Part shown: positions 10,310-19,613 of the stretch, piece by piece | Layout of the letters: each line of letters opens with the position of its first letter | How positions within the stretch are numbered: position 1 is the first letter of the stretch | Assembly (NCBI GenBank): GCA_013152275.1 | Contig: JAADGS010000035.1 | Location: 1-43,860 of the forward strand | DNA: 43,860 nucleotides | DNA from: Actinomycetota bacterium | GTDB lineage: Bacteria > Actinomycetota > Acidimicrobiia > Spongiisociales > UBA4744 | Direction of reading: 5' to 3' | Position numbers and translations under genes: made by a program | The notes under the pieces: model-generated | What the model was told of the DNA's origin: nothing | Seen by the model: only the letters and a program-made list of their open reading frames with translations | Database searches by the model: none

Positions 10310-11341
10310 GTGACACGAAGACTCAACATCAAAGATGCCATCAACGAGGCACTGCGGCAAGAGATGGCAGCCGATGACAGGGTGATTCTGATGGGTGAGG
10401 ACATCGCCGGAGGAGCAGGACGCGACGACACCTATCCGGAAGCCGCCGACGCCTGGGGCGGACCGTTCGGAGTCACCAAGGGCCTCCTCCCTCGGTTCGG
10501 GCGCAACCGGGTGATGGACACCGCCATCGCAGAGACGGGTTTCGTCGGAGCGGCGATCGGAGCCGCCATCGCGGGACTTCGACCGGTGGTCGAGATCATG
10601 TACGTCGACTTCATCGGGACGTCGTTCGACCAGCTTCTCAACCATGCGGCCAAGCTTCGGTACGTGTACGGGGGAAAGGTGTCTGTCCCCCTGGTCGTGC
10701 GAACCGTCGCCGGCGCCGGGTTTCGAGCGGCCGCAGAGCACTCTCAGACCCTCTACTCGCTCTACACCCACGTTCCCGGTCTCAAGGTGGTGGCACCTTC
10801 GACCGCCGCCGACGCCAAGGGGCTGCTCATCGCCGCGATTCGTGACCCCGATCCGGTCATCTTCATCGAGCACAAGCGTCTCTACATGTACGACGAACCG
10901 GTCCCGGAGGAGCCCTACACGATCCCCTTCGGAGTGGCACGGATCGTCCGCTCGGGGAGCGACGTCACGATCGTCGGCGTTCAGAAGATGGTGCACACGG
11001 CTCTGGACGCGGCAAAGGTACTCGCGTCGGAAGGTATCGAAGCCGAGGTGATCGACCCGCGCACGTACTCCCCGCTCGACGAGCAGACCATCCTGAGTTC
11101 GGTGGAGAAGACCGGACGCCTGGTCGTGGTGGACGAGTCGCACCCACGCTGCTCGCTCGCCACGGACATCGCTGCGCTCGTGGCCGAGTCCGCCTTCGAC
11201 GCTCTCCGCGGCCCCATCCGGATGGTGACCGGTGCCCACGCCCCCGTCCCGTTCAGCCCACCGCTCGAGGACGCGTACGTCCCCGATGCGGCCCGCGTGG
11301 TGGCGGCGGTGCGAAGCGGGCTCGAGACGACCGGTAGCTGA
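10310..11341 (+). CDS. acoB: ThDP-dependent dehydrogenase E1 beta, acetoin dehydrogenase-like
   Basis: MGEDIAGG, AWGGPFGVTKGL, DTAIAE, EHSQ and FIEHK. Confidence 0.82.
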   Translation: MTRRLNIKDAINEALRQEMAADDRVILMGEDIAGGAGRDDTYPEAADAWGGPFGVTKGLLPRFGRNRVMDTAIAETGFVGAAIGAAIAGLRPVVEIMYVDFIGTSFDQLLNHAAKLRYVYGGKVSVPLVVRTVAGAGFRAAAEHSQTLYSLYTHVPGLKVVAPSTAADAKGLLIAAIRDPDPVIFIEHKRLYMYDEPVPEEPYTIPFGVARIVRSGSDVTIVGVQKMVHTALDAAKVLASEGIEAEVIDPRTYSPLDEQTILSSVEKTGRLVVVDESHPRCSLATDIAALVAESAFDALRGPIRMVTGAHAPVPFSPPLEDAYVPDAARVVAAVRSGLETTGS

Positions 11342-11441
11342 CGGGGGACCCCGCGTACGCGGGACGCGACGCAACAAGCTGCGGTTGCGGCCAAGTTGGA
11401 CCCGGGCGGTCGGTACGCCAGGTGGCGCGCCGGCAGCGGAT

Positions 11442-12272
11442 TCACCGTCCGCAGTGCGGGTCGGGGCGACCGTGCCCCTCGAGGAGGTCCGCGGCCAGAT
11501 CCCGGAGTGCGTCGGCGGCACCCCGGTTCGCCGCGAGCACAGGCTTGCCGTTGGTCAGCGATCCGTCGCGCACGAAGCTGGTCGACCAGCCACCCGCCTC
11601 ACGAACGAGAACCTCGCCTGCCAGAGCGTCCCATGCGCGAAGGTCCGATTCGAAGAATCCGACCAGCCGTCCGGCGGCGACGTACGCGAGAGCGAGCGCG
11701 GCCGATCCCGAGTTGTAGAACAGACCCCCTGCGGCGAAGAGCCTGTGGAGAAACGTCAGGGTGGGCTCGTCCGATGCGTTGCGCGGATGTCCCACGCCGA
11801 CCAGCCCGTCGGTGATCCCTTTGTCGGGGACCGAGACGCCGTGACCGTTGATGGTGAGCCCGTGACCTTCCAGTGCCGAGAACGTCTCGGCTCCACCGGG
11901 ATCGTGTACGACGCCCAGGAACGGATGGCCGGACTCGTCGAGACAGGCAATCGAGACACACCAGCTCGGCAGACCCGAAACGAAACAGGTCGTGCCGTCG
12001 ATAGGATCTACGACCCATGTGGCGTGTGCCGCTTCGGTGTGAGGGGCGACGTCGCCGCCTTCTTCCCCGAGGACGCGGTCATGCGGGAAGGTTTGGGCGA
12101 TCCGGCGCCGGATCAGACGCTCGGTCGCGAGGTCGGCTTCGGTCACCCAGTCGAGGACACCTTTCGACCGGACGTCCAAATCGTCCCGGCCCCGATAGGA
12201 CAACGCCAACCGTCCGGCGTCGACGGCCAGCTCCTCTGCAAAGCCGTGTCGCTCGATGGTGTCGGCAACCAT
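11442..12272 (-). CDS. Inositol monophosphatase family protein
   Basis: VTEAD, LGEE, WVVDPIDGT and WDALAG; RBS AGGAG. Confidence 0.88.
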   Translation of the reverse strand: MVADTIERHGFAEELAVDAGRLALSYRGRDDLDVRSKGVLDWVTEADLATERLIRRRIAQTFPHDRVLGEEGGDVAPHTEAAHATWVVDPIDGTTCFVSGLPSWCVSIACLDESGHPFLGVVHDPGGAETFSALEGHGLTINGHGVSVPDKGITDGLVGVGHPRNASDEPTLTFLHRLFAAGGLFYNSGSAALALAYVAAGRLVGFFESDLRAWDALAGEVLVREAGGWSTSFVRDGSLTNGKPVLAANRGAADALRDLAADLLEGHGRPDPHCGR

Positions 12273-12297
12273 GCTGTTGGGCTCCTGACTGCGCGGG

Positions 12298-12564
12298 TTA
12301 TCTCACATACGGGGTGGGAAGCATGAAGCGTTCACGGATGACCCGGATCGACTCGCGGGTTGAAGCGACGAAACCGTGTGCCGTGCGGAGGCCGGCCCCG
12401 CGGGCATCGAGTGTTTCGGCGGTCGTCGTGTCCCCGTCATGCGCCATGCGCACGACGGGCATCCGGTCGTGCAGCTCTTCTACGGGGCACGAGCCATTCC
12501 CGGAATCTGCCGGGCAGATGCCGGCCGTCTCGCGTGGATGACTCTTGTGGGTGGTCTCGAGCAT
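12298..12564 (-). pseudogene. Short ORF with strong RBS; probable collapsed remnant of a sugar-isomerase TIM-barrel gene
   Basis: AAGGAG lies 9 nt before the ATG, and the 88-aa ORF fills the gap between iolA and the IMPase. Resemblance to xylose-isomerase-like segments is weak (PVEELHDRMPVVRMAH; ESIRVIRE). Confidence 0.35.
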
Positions 12565-12590
12565 GTTGCTCGCTCCTTGCTGTCATCGAC

Positions 12591-14084
12591 TCAGTCGTGC
12601 TGGGGGAAGCCGAGATCCACGCCGCGGTGGATCGGGTCCGGCCAGCGGGTGATGACGACCTTGGGCCGCGTGTAGAAGTGGACACCTTCGGGGCCGTAGA
12701 TGGCGTGCGAGCCGAAGATCGAGTCCTTCCAACCCCCAAAGCTGTAGAACGACAGCGGCACGGGGATAGGAACGTTGATGCCGACCATCCCGACCTGGAT
12801 CTCGTTCTGGAACTTGCGTGCCGCTCCACCGTCGTTGGTGAAGATCGCGGTGCCGTTCCCGTAGGGATTGTCGTTGATGAGCCTGATCGCATCTTCGTAG
12901 TGATCGACCCGCACCACCGAGAGGACCGGCCCGAAGATCTCGTCGGTGTAGATGGACATGTCGGTCGTGACATTGTCGAAGAGGCTCGGACCGATGAAGA
13001 ACCCGTCTTCGGACCCTCTCACCTGCAGATCACGTCCGTCGACGACAAGGGTTGCCCCCTCCGACTCGCCGGCCGCGACGTAGGACGCCACCTTGTCGAG
13101 ATGCTGACGAGTTACGAGCGGTCCCATCTGGGCGCCTTCCTCGTCACCGGGACCGATCTTCAGTTCGGCGATCCTCTCCCGGATCTTCGGGAGCAGGACA
13201 TCGGCGGCACTACCCACGGCGACCACGACGGAGATCGCCATGCATCGCTCTCCGGCCGAGCCGAAACCCGCGGACACCGCAGCATCGGCCGCCAGGTCCA
13301 TATCCGCGTCGGGCAGCACGATCATGTGGTTCTTCGCACCACCGAGGGCCTGGACACGCTTGCCGTTGGCGGTTCCGGTCGTGTGGATGTAGCGAGCGAT
13401 CGGTGTTGAACCGACAAAGGAGATCGCCGTGACGTCGGGATGTGTCAGCAGGGCGTCGACAGCCTCCTTGTCGCCGTGAACGACGTTGAACACGCCGTTC
13501 GGCAATCCCGCTTCGGCGAGCAGCTCGGCGACCATCAGCGACGTCGACGGGTCCTTCTCCGACGGCTTGAGCACGAAGGTGTTCCCGCAGGCGATCGCGA
13601 TGGGGTACATCCACATCGGGACCATGACAGGAAAGTTGAACGGGGTGATTCCGGCCACGACTCCCAGGGGCTGTCGAATCATGTAGGTATCGACTCCGGT
13701 CGATACCTGTTCGGAGTAGTCGCCCTTGAGCAGGTGGGCGATGTTGCAGGCGAACTCGATGATCTCGAGTCCCCGTTGCACTTCACCGAGGGCGTCGTCG
13801 ACCGTCTTGCCGTGCTCGGCGGTCAGCGCCCTTGCCAGCTCGTGCCGGTTCTCTGCCACGAGCTCGCGAAAGGCGAACATGATGTTCTGGCGGCGTGTCA
13901 GCGACGAGTTGCTCCAGGGCTCGTAGGCGCGTTTCGCCGCGGCGACCGCAAGAGCGACGTCGTCGCCGGACGCCATCGCCACCTCCGCGGTTTGGATGCC
14001 CGTTGCCGGGTTGAAGACCGGGCCCGTGCGACTCGGCGTCGTGGTGACAGAGCCTCCGTCGATCCAGGCGTTGATGAGTTTCAT
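12591..14084 (-). CDS. iolA: CoA-acylating (methyl)malonate-semialdehyde dehydrogenase
   Basis: ITPFNFP, LKPSEKDP, FVGSTP, GGAKNH, GERCMA and GINVPIPVP. Start moved to ATG 14084, which has GGAG upstream. Confidence 0.92.
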   Translation of the reverse strand: MKLINAWIDGGSVTTTPSRTGPVFNPATGIQTAEVAMASGDDVALAVAAAKRAYEPWSNSSLTRRQNIMFAFRELVAENRHELARALTAEHGKTVDDALGEVQRGLEIIEFACNIAHLLKGDYSEQVSTGVDTYMIRQPLGVVAGITPFNFPVMVPMWMYPIAIACGNTFVLKPSEKDPSTSLMVAELLAEAGLPNGVFNVVHGDKEAVDALLTHPDVTAISFVGSTPIARYIHTTGTANGKRVQALGGAKNHMIVLPDADMDLAADAAVSAGFGSAGERCMAISVVVAVGSAADVLLPKIRERIAELKIGPGDEEGAQMGPLVTRQHLDKVASYVAAGESEGATLVVDGRDLQVRGSEDGFFIGPSLFDNVTTDMSIYTDEIFGPVLSVVRVDHYEDAIRLINDNPYGNGTAIFTNDGGAARKFQNEIQVGMVGINVPIPVPLSFYSFGGWKDSIFGSHAIYGPEGVHFYTRPKVVITRWPDPIHRGVDLGFPQHD

Positions 14085-14107
14085 GGTTTCTGCTCCGATC
14101 GCTGTCG

Positions 14108-15109
14108 TCAAAGAGACGGTGGACCGGTCGACTCTCGTACAACCAGCTTTGGTGAGAGGACAACGTGGCGGGCGGTCGTGCGTTCTTCCCCTATCTTCTC
14201 GAAGATGAGCCCGGCGGCCATGCGCCCCATGTCGTGTCGGGGCTGATCCACCGTCGTCAAGTCCATTCGGTGACTGGCCGCAAGGTCGGTGTTGTCGTAG
14301 CCGGCGACCGAGATGTCGCCCGGGACGTCCAGCCCCTCGGCGTCGAGTACTTCGAGCACACCGATCGCTGCAAGGTCGTTGGCGACGAAGACGGCGGTCG
14401 GTCGGGTGCCTTCGGCGAGGAGGGTTCGCATCCCGGTGCTGCCGCCTTCTTCGGTGAAGCCGCCGCGCACCGATCGGATCTCGCTCTCGAGCCCATGCCG
14501 TCGCATGGCACGCGTGTAGCCGGTCCGGCGGGGCCGGGCGCCGGCACCGAAACCGCCGTCGATATGTGCGATGCGGCGGTGTCCGAGTTCCACGAGGTGG
14601 TCCACGACCATCTCGGCACCACGGCGGTCGTCGTTGGTGACACTGTCGACCGTAGACGCTCTCGTCGCCTTGCCCACGACGACCGTTGGAACCGAGTGTG
14701 ACACCTCGATGACGTACTCCCTGTGGAGGGCGGGTGAAACCAGGATCAGGCCGTCCGCCCGCAGCTCGAGCAGCGTTTCGACCGCAAGACGCTCCCGTTC
14801 CGATATGCGGTTGCCGGTGGTCAGGATCGAGCGATACCCGGCGTCCATGACCGCCACGTCGATGCCGGCGATCACGTCGGTGAAGAACGGGTTGTGGAGA
14901 TTCGAAACCATCGCACCGATGACATTGGAGCGTTGCCGCACCATCGTGCGCGCTGCCGCATTGGGGAGATACCCGAGTTTCTTTGCCGCCTCCAGCACTG
15001 CTTTCCGACTCGATGGGCTGACCCGGCCCGAACCCCTCATGACGAGAGAGACCAGTGACTTCGACACGCCGGCTTCGTCGGCGACATCCAGGATTGTTGG
15101 GCGTTTCAT
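14108..15109 (-). CDS. LacI family transcriptional regulator of the iol locus
   Basis: HTH TILDVADEAGVSKSLVS, YLPNAAAR, FVANDLAA and LTTVDQP. Start set at MKRPT. Confidence 0.92.
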   Translation of the reverse strand: MKRPTILDVADEAGVSKSLVSLVMRGSGRVSPSSRKAVLEAAKKLGYLPNAAARTMVRQRSNVIGAMVSNLHNPFFTDVIAGIDVAVMDAGYRSILTTGNRISERERLAVETLLELRADGLILVSPALHREYVIEVSHSVPTVVVGKATRASTVDSVTNDDRRGAEMVVDHLVELGHRRIAHIDGGFGAGARPRRTGYTRAMRRHGLESEIRSVRGGFTEEGGSTGMRTLLAEGTRPTAVFVANDLAAIGVLEVLDAEGLDVPGDISVAGYDNTDLAASHRMDLTTVDQPRHDMGRMAAGLIFEKIGEERTTARHVVLSPKLVVRESTGPPSL

Positions 15110-15135
15110 TTGGCCATTATGATAGCTGGGTCGGA

Positions 15136-15149
15136 TTGGAACGTTCCAA
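15136..15149. promoter_or_regulatory. LacI-type operator TTGGAACGTTCCAA (autoregulatory)
   Basis: Perfect 14-bp palindrome with central CG, located over the predicted -35 region of the lacI-family gene. An identical copy lies at 17448. Confidence 0.85.
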
Positions 15150-15241
15150 GACTTGCCTGGTCCGCACACCGACCGACGGTGGGGGGTACTTCCAAGACCG
15201 GCACGATCTTGTCGGTGAATGGGCCGGTTCCGGATCACCGC

Positions 15242-17092
15242 TCACGGTCTGCCCCAGATCCCGACGCTCTGGTGCTTGCGCTCGGCGTCCCACTCGGCTC
15301 GCGCCACGAGCACTTGATCGCGTTCGGACACCTCTGGAACACCCACCTCCCACCAGGCGCCGCCCTCGGTCCATTCGTACGGGTGGGTGTCGATCACGAT
15401 GACGTAGCTTCGGTCCGCCGCCTTGGCCCGGCGGAAAGCTGCTCGTAGCTCGCCGATTCCCGTGACCTTCTCGGCGATGGCACCCAGCGATTCGGCATGT
15501 TTGACGAAATCGACGCGGGTGTCGTCGACCCTTCTCGTGTGCTGCAGAAGGTTGTTGAACTCTTCGCCGCCCGTGTTCACCTGAAGTCGATTGATGACTG
15601 CGAAGCCGCCGTTGTCACAGACGATGAAGATCACCTTGTGGCCGGTCGCGACGGTCGAGTGGATATCCGAGTTCATCATGAGGTAGGAACCGTCGCCGAC
15701 CCAGGAGATGACCTCGCGCTCGGGCAGCGCCATCTTTGCTCCCCAGGCGCCGGCGATCTCGTATCCCATGCACGAGTAGCCGTACTCCACGTCGAAGGAA
15801 CCGACCGATTTCGCTCGCCATCCCATGTTGATCTCGCCAGGAAGGCCTCCGGCGGCGGCCACCTGGTAATCGGTGTCGCCGGCCAGGTCGTTGATCGCCC
15901 GTATGACCTGAGCGTATGTCGGCACGTCGAAGTCGCGGGCGACATAGCCGTCGAGGTAGTCGTACCAGTCGCGGCGCTCGTCGCCGGCGCGCCGTAGCCA
16001 CTCGGTGGGGGCGCGATAGGCGCCGAGGGCCTCATCGAGCGCTTCGAGCGATGCTCGGGCATCGCCGACAACCGATATCGCATGGTGCTTGGTGGCATCG
16101 AATCGTCCGACGTTGATCGACACCAGATGCATCCGCGGGTTCTTGAACGCCGTCCATGATCCCGTGGTGAAGTCTTGGAGGCGGGTTCCCACCGCCACGA
16201 CCACGTCGGCATCGGCGGCGAGCGCATTGGCCGAGGTGCTTCCGGTGACTCCGATCGGGCCGGCGAAGTTCGGATGGTCGTACACGAGTGTCGATTTGCC
16301 CGCCACCGTCTCTACCACCGGGATCCCCCGGGTGACCGCAAAGGCCGTGAGCTCATCCACTGCGCCGGAGTAGTGGACGCCTCCTCCGGCGATGAGCAGT
16401 GGCTTGTCCGCCGCGGCGAGCACCGTCGCGGCGGCCTCGATATCGCGGGCATCGGGGCCGGGGCGGCGAATGTAGTGGTGAGTCTCGTCGAAGAACTGCA
16501 CGGGGAAGTCGTACGCCTCGGCGGCAATGTCCTGGGGCAACCCGATGTACGCCGGTCCACACTCGGCCGGATCGAGCATGATGGCCAGTGCCTGGGGCAG
16601 GGTCTGGATGATCTGTTCCGGGCGAGTGATACGGTCCCAGAAGCGGGTAACCGTCCGAAACGCGTCACTCACCGTTGTCGAGGGGCTGCCGAACTGCTCG
16701 ATCTGTTGCAGGACGGGGTCCACGATGCGATGTTGGAACGTATCGCCGCTGATCAGCAGGAGCGGCAGCCGGTTGGCGTGAGCGACCGCGGCGGCGGTCA
16801 CCATGTTGGTCGATCCCGGGCCCACCGACGAGGTGGCGATCATGATCTGGCGCCGCCGCTTCGCCTTGGCGAACGCGACGGCGGCCAGCGCCATGGATTG
16901 TTCGTTGTGTCCTCGCCAGGTCGGCAGCTCATCCTGGACCCGGGCAAGCGCCTCGGCGAGGGACACCACATTCCCGTGGCCGAAGATCCCGAACACACCG
17001 GGGAAGACGGGTACCTCCACACCGTCGATCTCGGTTCGCTGCGCAATCAGCCAGCGCACGATTGCCTGCCCCGTGGTGAGTCGTATCTGCAT
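15242..17092 (-). CDS. iolD: 3D-(3,5/4)-trihydroxycyclohexane-1,2-dione acylhydrolase
   Basis: GIFGHGNV, HNEQSMA, TSSVGPGSTN, EYGYSCMGYE, GDGSYLM and WWEVGVPE; AAGGAG lies 5 nt before ATG 17092. Confidence 0.95.
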   Translation of the reverse strand: MQIRLTTGQAIVRWLIAQRTEIDGVEVPVFPGVFGIFGHGNVVSLAEALARVQDELPTWRGHNEQSMALAAVAFAKAKRRRQIMIATSSVGPGSTNMVTAAAVAHANRLPLLLISGDTFQHRIVDPVLQQIEQFGSPSTTVSDAFRTVTRFWDRITRPEQIIQTLPQALAIMLDPAECGPAYIGLPQDIAAEAYDFPVQFFDETHHYIRRPGPDARDIEAAATVLAAADKPLLIAGGGVHYSGAVDELTAFAVTRGIPVVETVAGKSTLVYDHPNFAGPIGVTGSTSANALAADADVVVAVGTRLQDFTTGSWTAFKNPRMHLVSINVGRFDATKHHAISVVGDARASLEALDEALGAYRAPTEWLRRAGDERRDWYDYLDGYVARDFDVPTYAQVIRAINDLAGDTDYQVAAAGGLPGEINMGWRAKSVGSFDVEYGYSCMGYEIAGAWGAKMALPEREVISWVGDGSYLMMNSDIHSTVATGHKVIFIVCDNGGFAVINRLQVNTGGEEFNNLLQHTRRVDDTRVDFVKHAESLGAIAEKVTGIGELRAAFRRAKAADRSYVIVIDTHPYEWTEGGAWWEVGVPEVSERDQVLVARAEWDAERKHQSVGIWGRP

Positions 17093-17411
17093 CGTCACTC
17101 CTTGCTCATGAGCTGCGTACCGATCGTAGGGAGCCTTGCACTGCCGGCCTTCTGGAACGATCCGGACACGGGTGGCCGCTTCTCGCGTACGTGGTTGCCG
17201 GCACCCGATGATCGCGACTTGCAGGACTGCACATGCGAGCGCATCCGCGGCGCGTCACGACGGCATCCTCGCCATCCGGCGATGGGCGCGCAACGACGTG
17301 TGATGGCAGGGTCTGTTGGAACCTCGGGTGGTACATACGTGCTCCCATCGCCTGGAACAACGGGGCTGTCCCGTGCAGCCGGCGAGACCGGAGGCGCTTC
17401 TCGGCAACGCT

Positions 17412-17440
17412 TTGACATCGACTTGGCGCAAGTATAGCGT
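17412..17440 (+). promoter_or_regulatory. Sigma70-type promoter TTGACA-N17-TAGCGT for the iolE-iolC-iolB operon
   Basis: Perfect -35 box, 17-nt spacer and TAnnnT -10 box; operator immediately downstream. Confidence 0.75.
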
Positions 17441-17447
17441 TGGATGG

Positions 17448-17461
17448 TTGGAACGTTCCAA
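17448..17461. promoter_or_regulatory. LacI-type operator TTGGAACGTTCCAA
   Basis: Perfect palindrome at the predicted transcription start; identical to 15136-15149. Confidence 0.85.
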
Positions 17462-17497
17462 TGGATTCAACCGGTTTGGGAGAGAGGGAAGCCCAGG

Positions 17498-17608
17498 GTG
17501 AAAGTGGGCATCATCGGCACGGGATGCGTCGGTGCGGTCGACGCCGACGATCCGGGGTGCCGGTCGGGTGTTTGCGCCATCCTGGTGACCCGGGAGGAGG
17601 CGGCATGA
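17498..17608 (+). pseudogene. 36-codon remnant of a Gfo/Idh/MocA oxidoreductase (iolG-like)
   Basis: GTG-started MKVGIIGTGCVGAV (Rossmann beta1-GxGxxG). First ORF after the promoter; its TGA overlaps the iolE ATG (ATGA). Confidence 0.65.
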
Positions 17609-18609
17609 CGTTGCTGAGCCGTGTCGGCGGTGCGCCGATCACGTGGGGCGTGGACGGGTCTCCCGGCTGGGGCCATCTCATGGACCGGGAACGTGTCCTC
17701 TCCGAGATGCGGCAGGTCGGCCTGTCTGCCACCGAGCTGGGCCCCGAGGGGTACCTCCCCGGAGACGCAGGCGAGCTGCGGGCGCTGCTGGATCGTTTCG
17801 GCCTTGCGCTCATAGGCGGCTTCGTGCCGGCGGTGCTCTATCGGCCCGAGTTGGTTTCCGAAAGCCTTGCCAACATAGATCGAGCAGCCGCGACCCTCGC
17901 CGGCACGGGTGCCTCGGTCATGGTGCTCGCGCCCGACTCGCTTCATCCTGGTTACGATCGCCAGATAGACCTGACCGAGGCCGAATGGGACACGCTTCTG
18001 ACCAGTCTCGATCGCGCCGCCCAGATTGCCTCGGGGCACGGGTTGAGGACGGTGCTCCACCCGCACTGGGGTATGGCGGTCGTGGGCCAGGATCACGTCG
18101 AGCGTGTGCTCGACCGATCTCGGGTGGATCTGTGCATCGACACGGGACATCTCGCTCTGGCCGGGGCCGATCCCGTTGCCGTCGCGAAGGCCGCCGCCGG
18201 CCGGGTGGCTCACGTCCACCTCAAGGATCTCGACGAGGACCTGGCGCGGCAGGTTCGCTCCGGCGCCTTGGCGTTTCGTCAGGCCGTGATCGACGGCCTG
18301 TTCCTTCCGCTTGGCGACGGCAGTGTGGACATTCGGGGTTTGGTCGAGACACTCGAGGCGCAGGGCTACGGGGGCTGGTACGTTATCGAGCAAGATGTGG
18401 TGCTGGAGGCCGAGCCCGAATCCGGTGAGGGCCCGATCCGTGCCGCGGCGCGAAGTTTCGCATTCTTGGAAGATCTTGCAGGCGGCCTGCGAGTTCCACG
18501 CGGGAGCTCCCCCGGGTGCCACCGAGAGGATGCGCACCGCCTCGTGGGGGAGATGCCATGTTCGGGAGAGGACCGGTTGGAGCCGGATATCGAGGGTCGT
18601 TCCGGGTGA
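17605..18609 (+). CDS. iolE: Myo-inosose-2 dehydratase-like TIM barrel protein
   Basis: GAPITWG, ATELGP, LHPHWG, CIDTGH, HVHLKD and WYVIEQD; RBS GGAGGAGG. Confidence 0.8.
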   Translation: MTLLSRVGGAPITWGVDGSPGWGHLMDRERVLSEMRQVGLSATELGPEGYLPGDAGELRALLDRFGLALIGGFVPAVLYRPELVSESLANIDRAAATLAGTGASVMVLAPDSLHPGYDRQIDLTEAEWDTLLTSLDRAAQIASGHGLRTVLHPHWGMAVVGQDHVERVLDRSRVDLCIDTGHLALAGADPVAVAKAAAGRVAHVHLKDLDEDLARQVRSGALAFRQAVIDGLFLPLGDGSVDIRGLVETLEAQGYGGWYVIEQDVVLEAEPESGEGPIRAAARSFAFLEDLAGGLRVPRGSSPGCHREDAHRLVGEMPCSGEDRLEPDIEGRSG

Positions 18610-19613
18610 CTGACAGTTCCTTCGAGCTGCTGACGATCGGCCGTGTCGGTGTCGACCTGTACCCGTCGGAGATCGCGTTACCGCTGTCGGAGGTCACATC
18701 CTTCGACAAGTTCCTCGGCGGGAGCCCGACGAACGTTGCCGTCGCCGCGTCACGCTACGGTCACCGTTGCGCGGTGATCACTCGCGTCGGAGACGACGGA
18801 TTCGGTGAGTATGTGCGGGTCGCCCTGCGCGGCTTTGGGGTGGACGACAGGTACGTTGGCACCGACCCCGTGCTCCGCACCCCGCTCGTGTTCCCGGAGA
18901 TCTACCCGCCTGATCACTTCCCACTCCTCTTCTACCGGGAGCCGAAAGCGCCGGACATGAACATTGCGGCCCAGGATCTCGATCTCGATGCGATCCGGCG
19001 CGCCGACATTCTTTGGACCACCGGAATCGGGCTGTCCGATGAGCCGAGCCGGTCTGCCACGTTCGCGGCTCTGGAAGAGCGCGGACGCAGGCGACACACG
19101 GTCCACGACCTCGACTATCGAGCGGGTTTCTGGTCTTCGCTCGAAGATGCCGGGAGGTATCAGCGAATCGCCCTGGGTCTGGCCTCGGCGGCGGTGGGCA
19201 ATCAGGAAGAATGCGCGGTCGCCGTCGGACCCGGTACGCCGGAGGAGCAGGCGGCACGACTGCTCGATCTGGGGCTCGAACTTGCCGTCGTCAAGATGGG
19301 TCCCGCCGGAGTCCTCATCATGTCGTCCGAGGGCACCGAACGGGTCGCCCCCCTCGATATCGACGTCGTGAACGGGTTGGGAGCCGGCGACGCGTTCGGC
19401 GGTGCCCTGTGTCACGGACTGCTGCTTGGCTGGGACGCCGTCTCGATACTGCATTTCGCCAACGCGGCGGGCGCCTACGTGGCGACACAACTGGCCTGTG
19501 CCGACGCAATGCCGACCGAACGACAGGTGCGAGCGTTGATGGATGATGTCGCATCTCGCATCGACACGTGCCGTGGGGCACGTGTCGCCGACCGAAGGGA
19601 GCATGCGTCGTGA
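18606..19613 (+). CDS. iolC: 5-dehydro-2-deoxygluconokinase (PfkB family)
   Basis: GRVGVDLYP, GGSPTNVAVA, PPDHFPLLFYR, DLDYR and GLGAGDAFG; GTGA overlap with iolE. Confidence 0.93.
   Translation: MTDSSFELLTIGRVGVDLYPSEIALPLSEVTSFDKFLGGSPTNVAVAASRYGHRCAVITRVGDDGFGEYVRVALRGFGVDDRYVGTDPVLRTPLVFPEIYPPDHFPLLFYREPKAPDMNIAAQDLDLDAIRRADILWTTGIGLSDEPSRSATFAALEERGRRRHTVHDLDYRAGFWSSLEDAGRYQRIALGLASAAVGNQEECAVAVGPGTPEEQAARLLDLGLELAVVKMGPAGVLIMSSEGTERVAPLDIDVVNGLGAGDAFGGALCHGLLLGWDAVSILHFANAAGAYVATQLACADAMPTERQVRALMDDVASRIDTCRGARVADRREHAS

Noticed and set aside
17166..17400. Possible minus-strand oxidoreductase remnant (PSPDGEDA; LQVAIIG then GAGN after a frameshift)
   Set aside because: It needs frameshifts and the matches are too short to distinguish from chance; blastx would decide.
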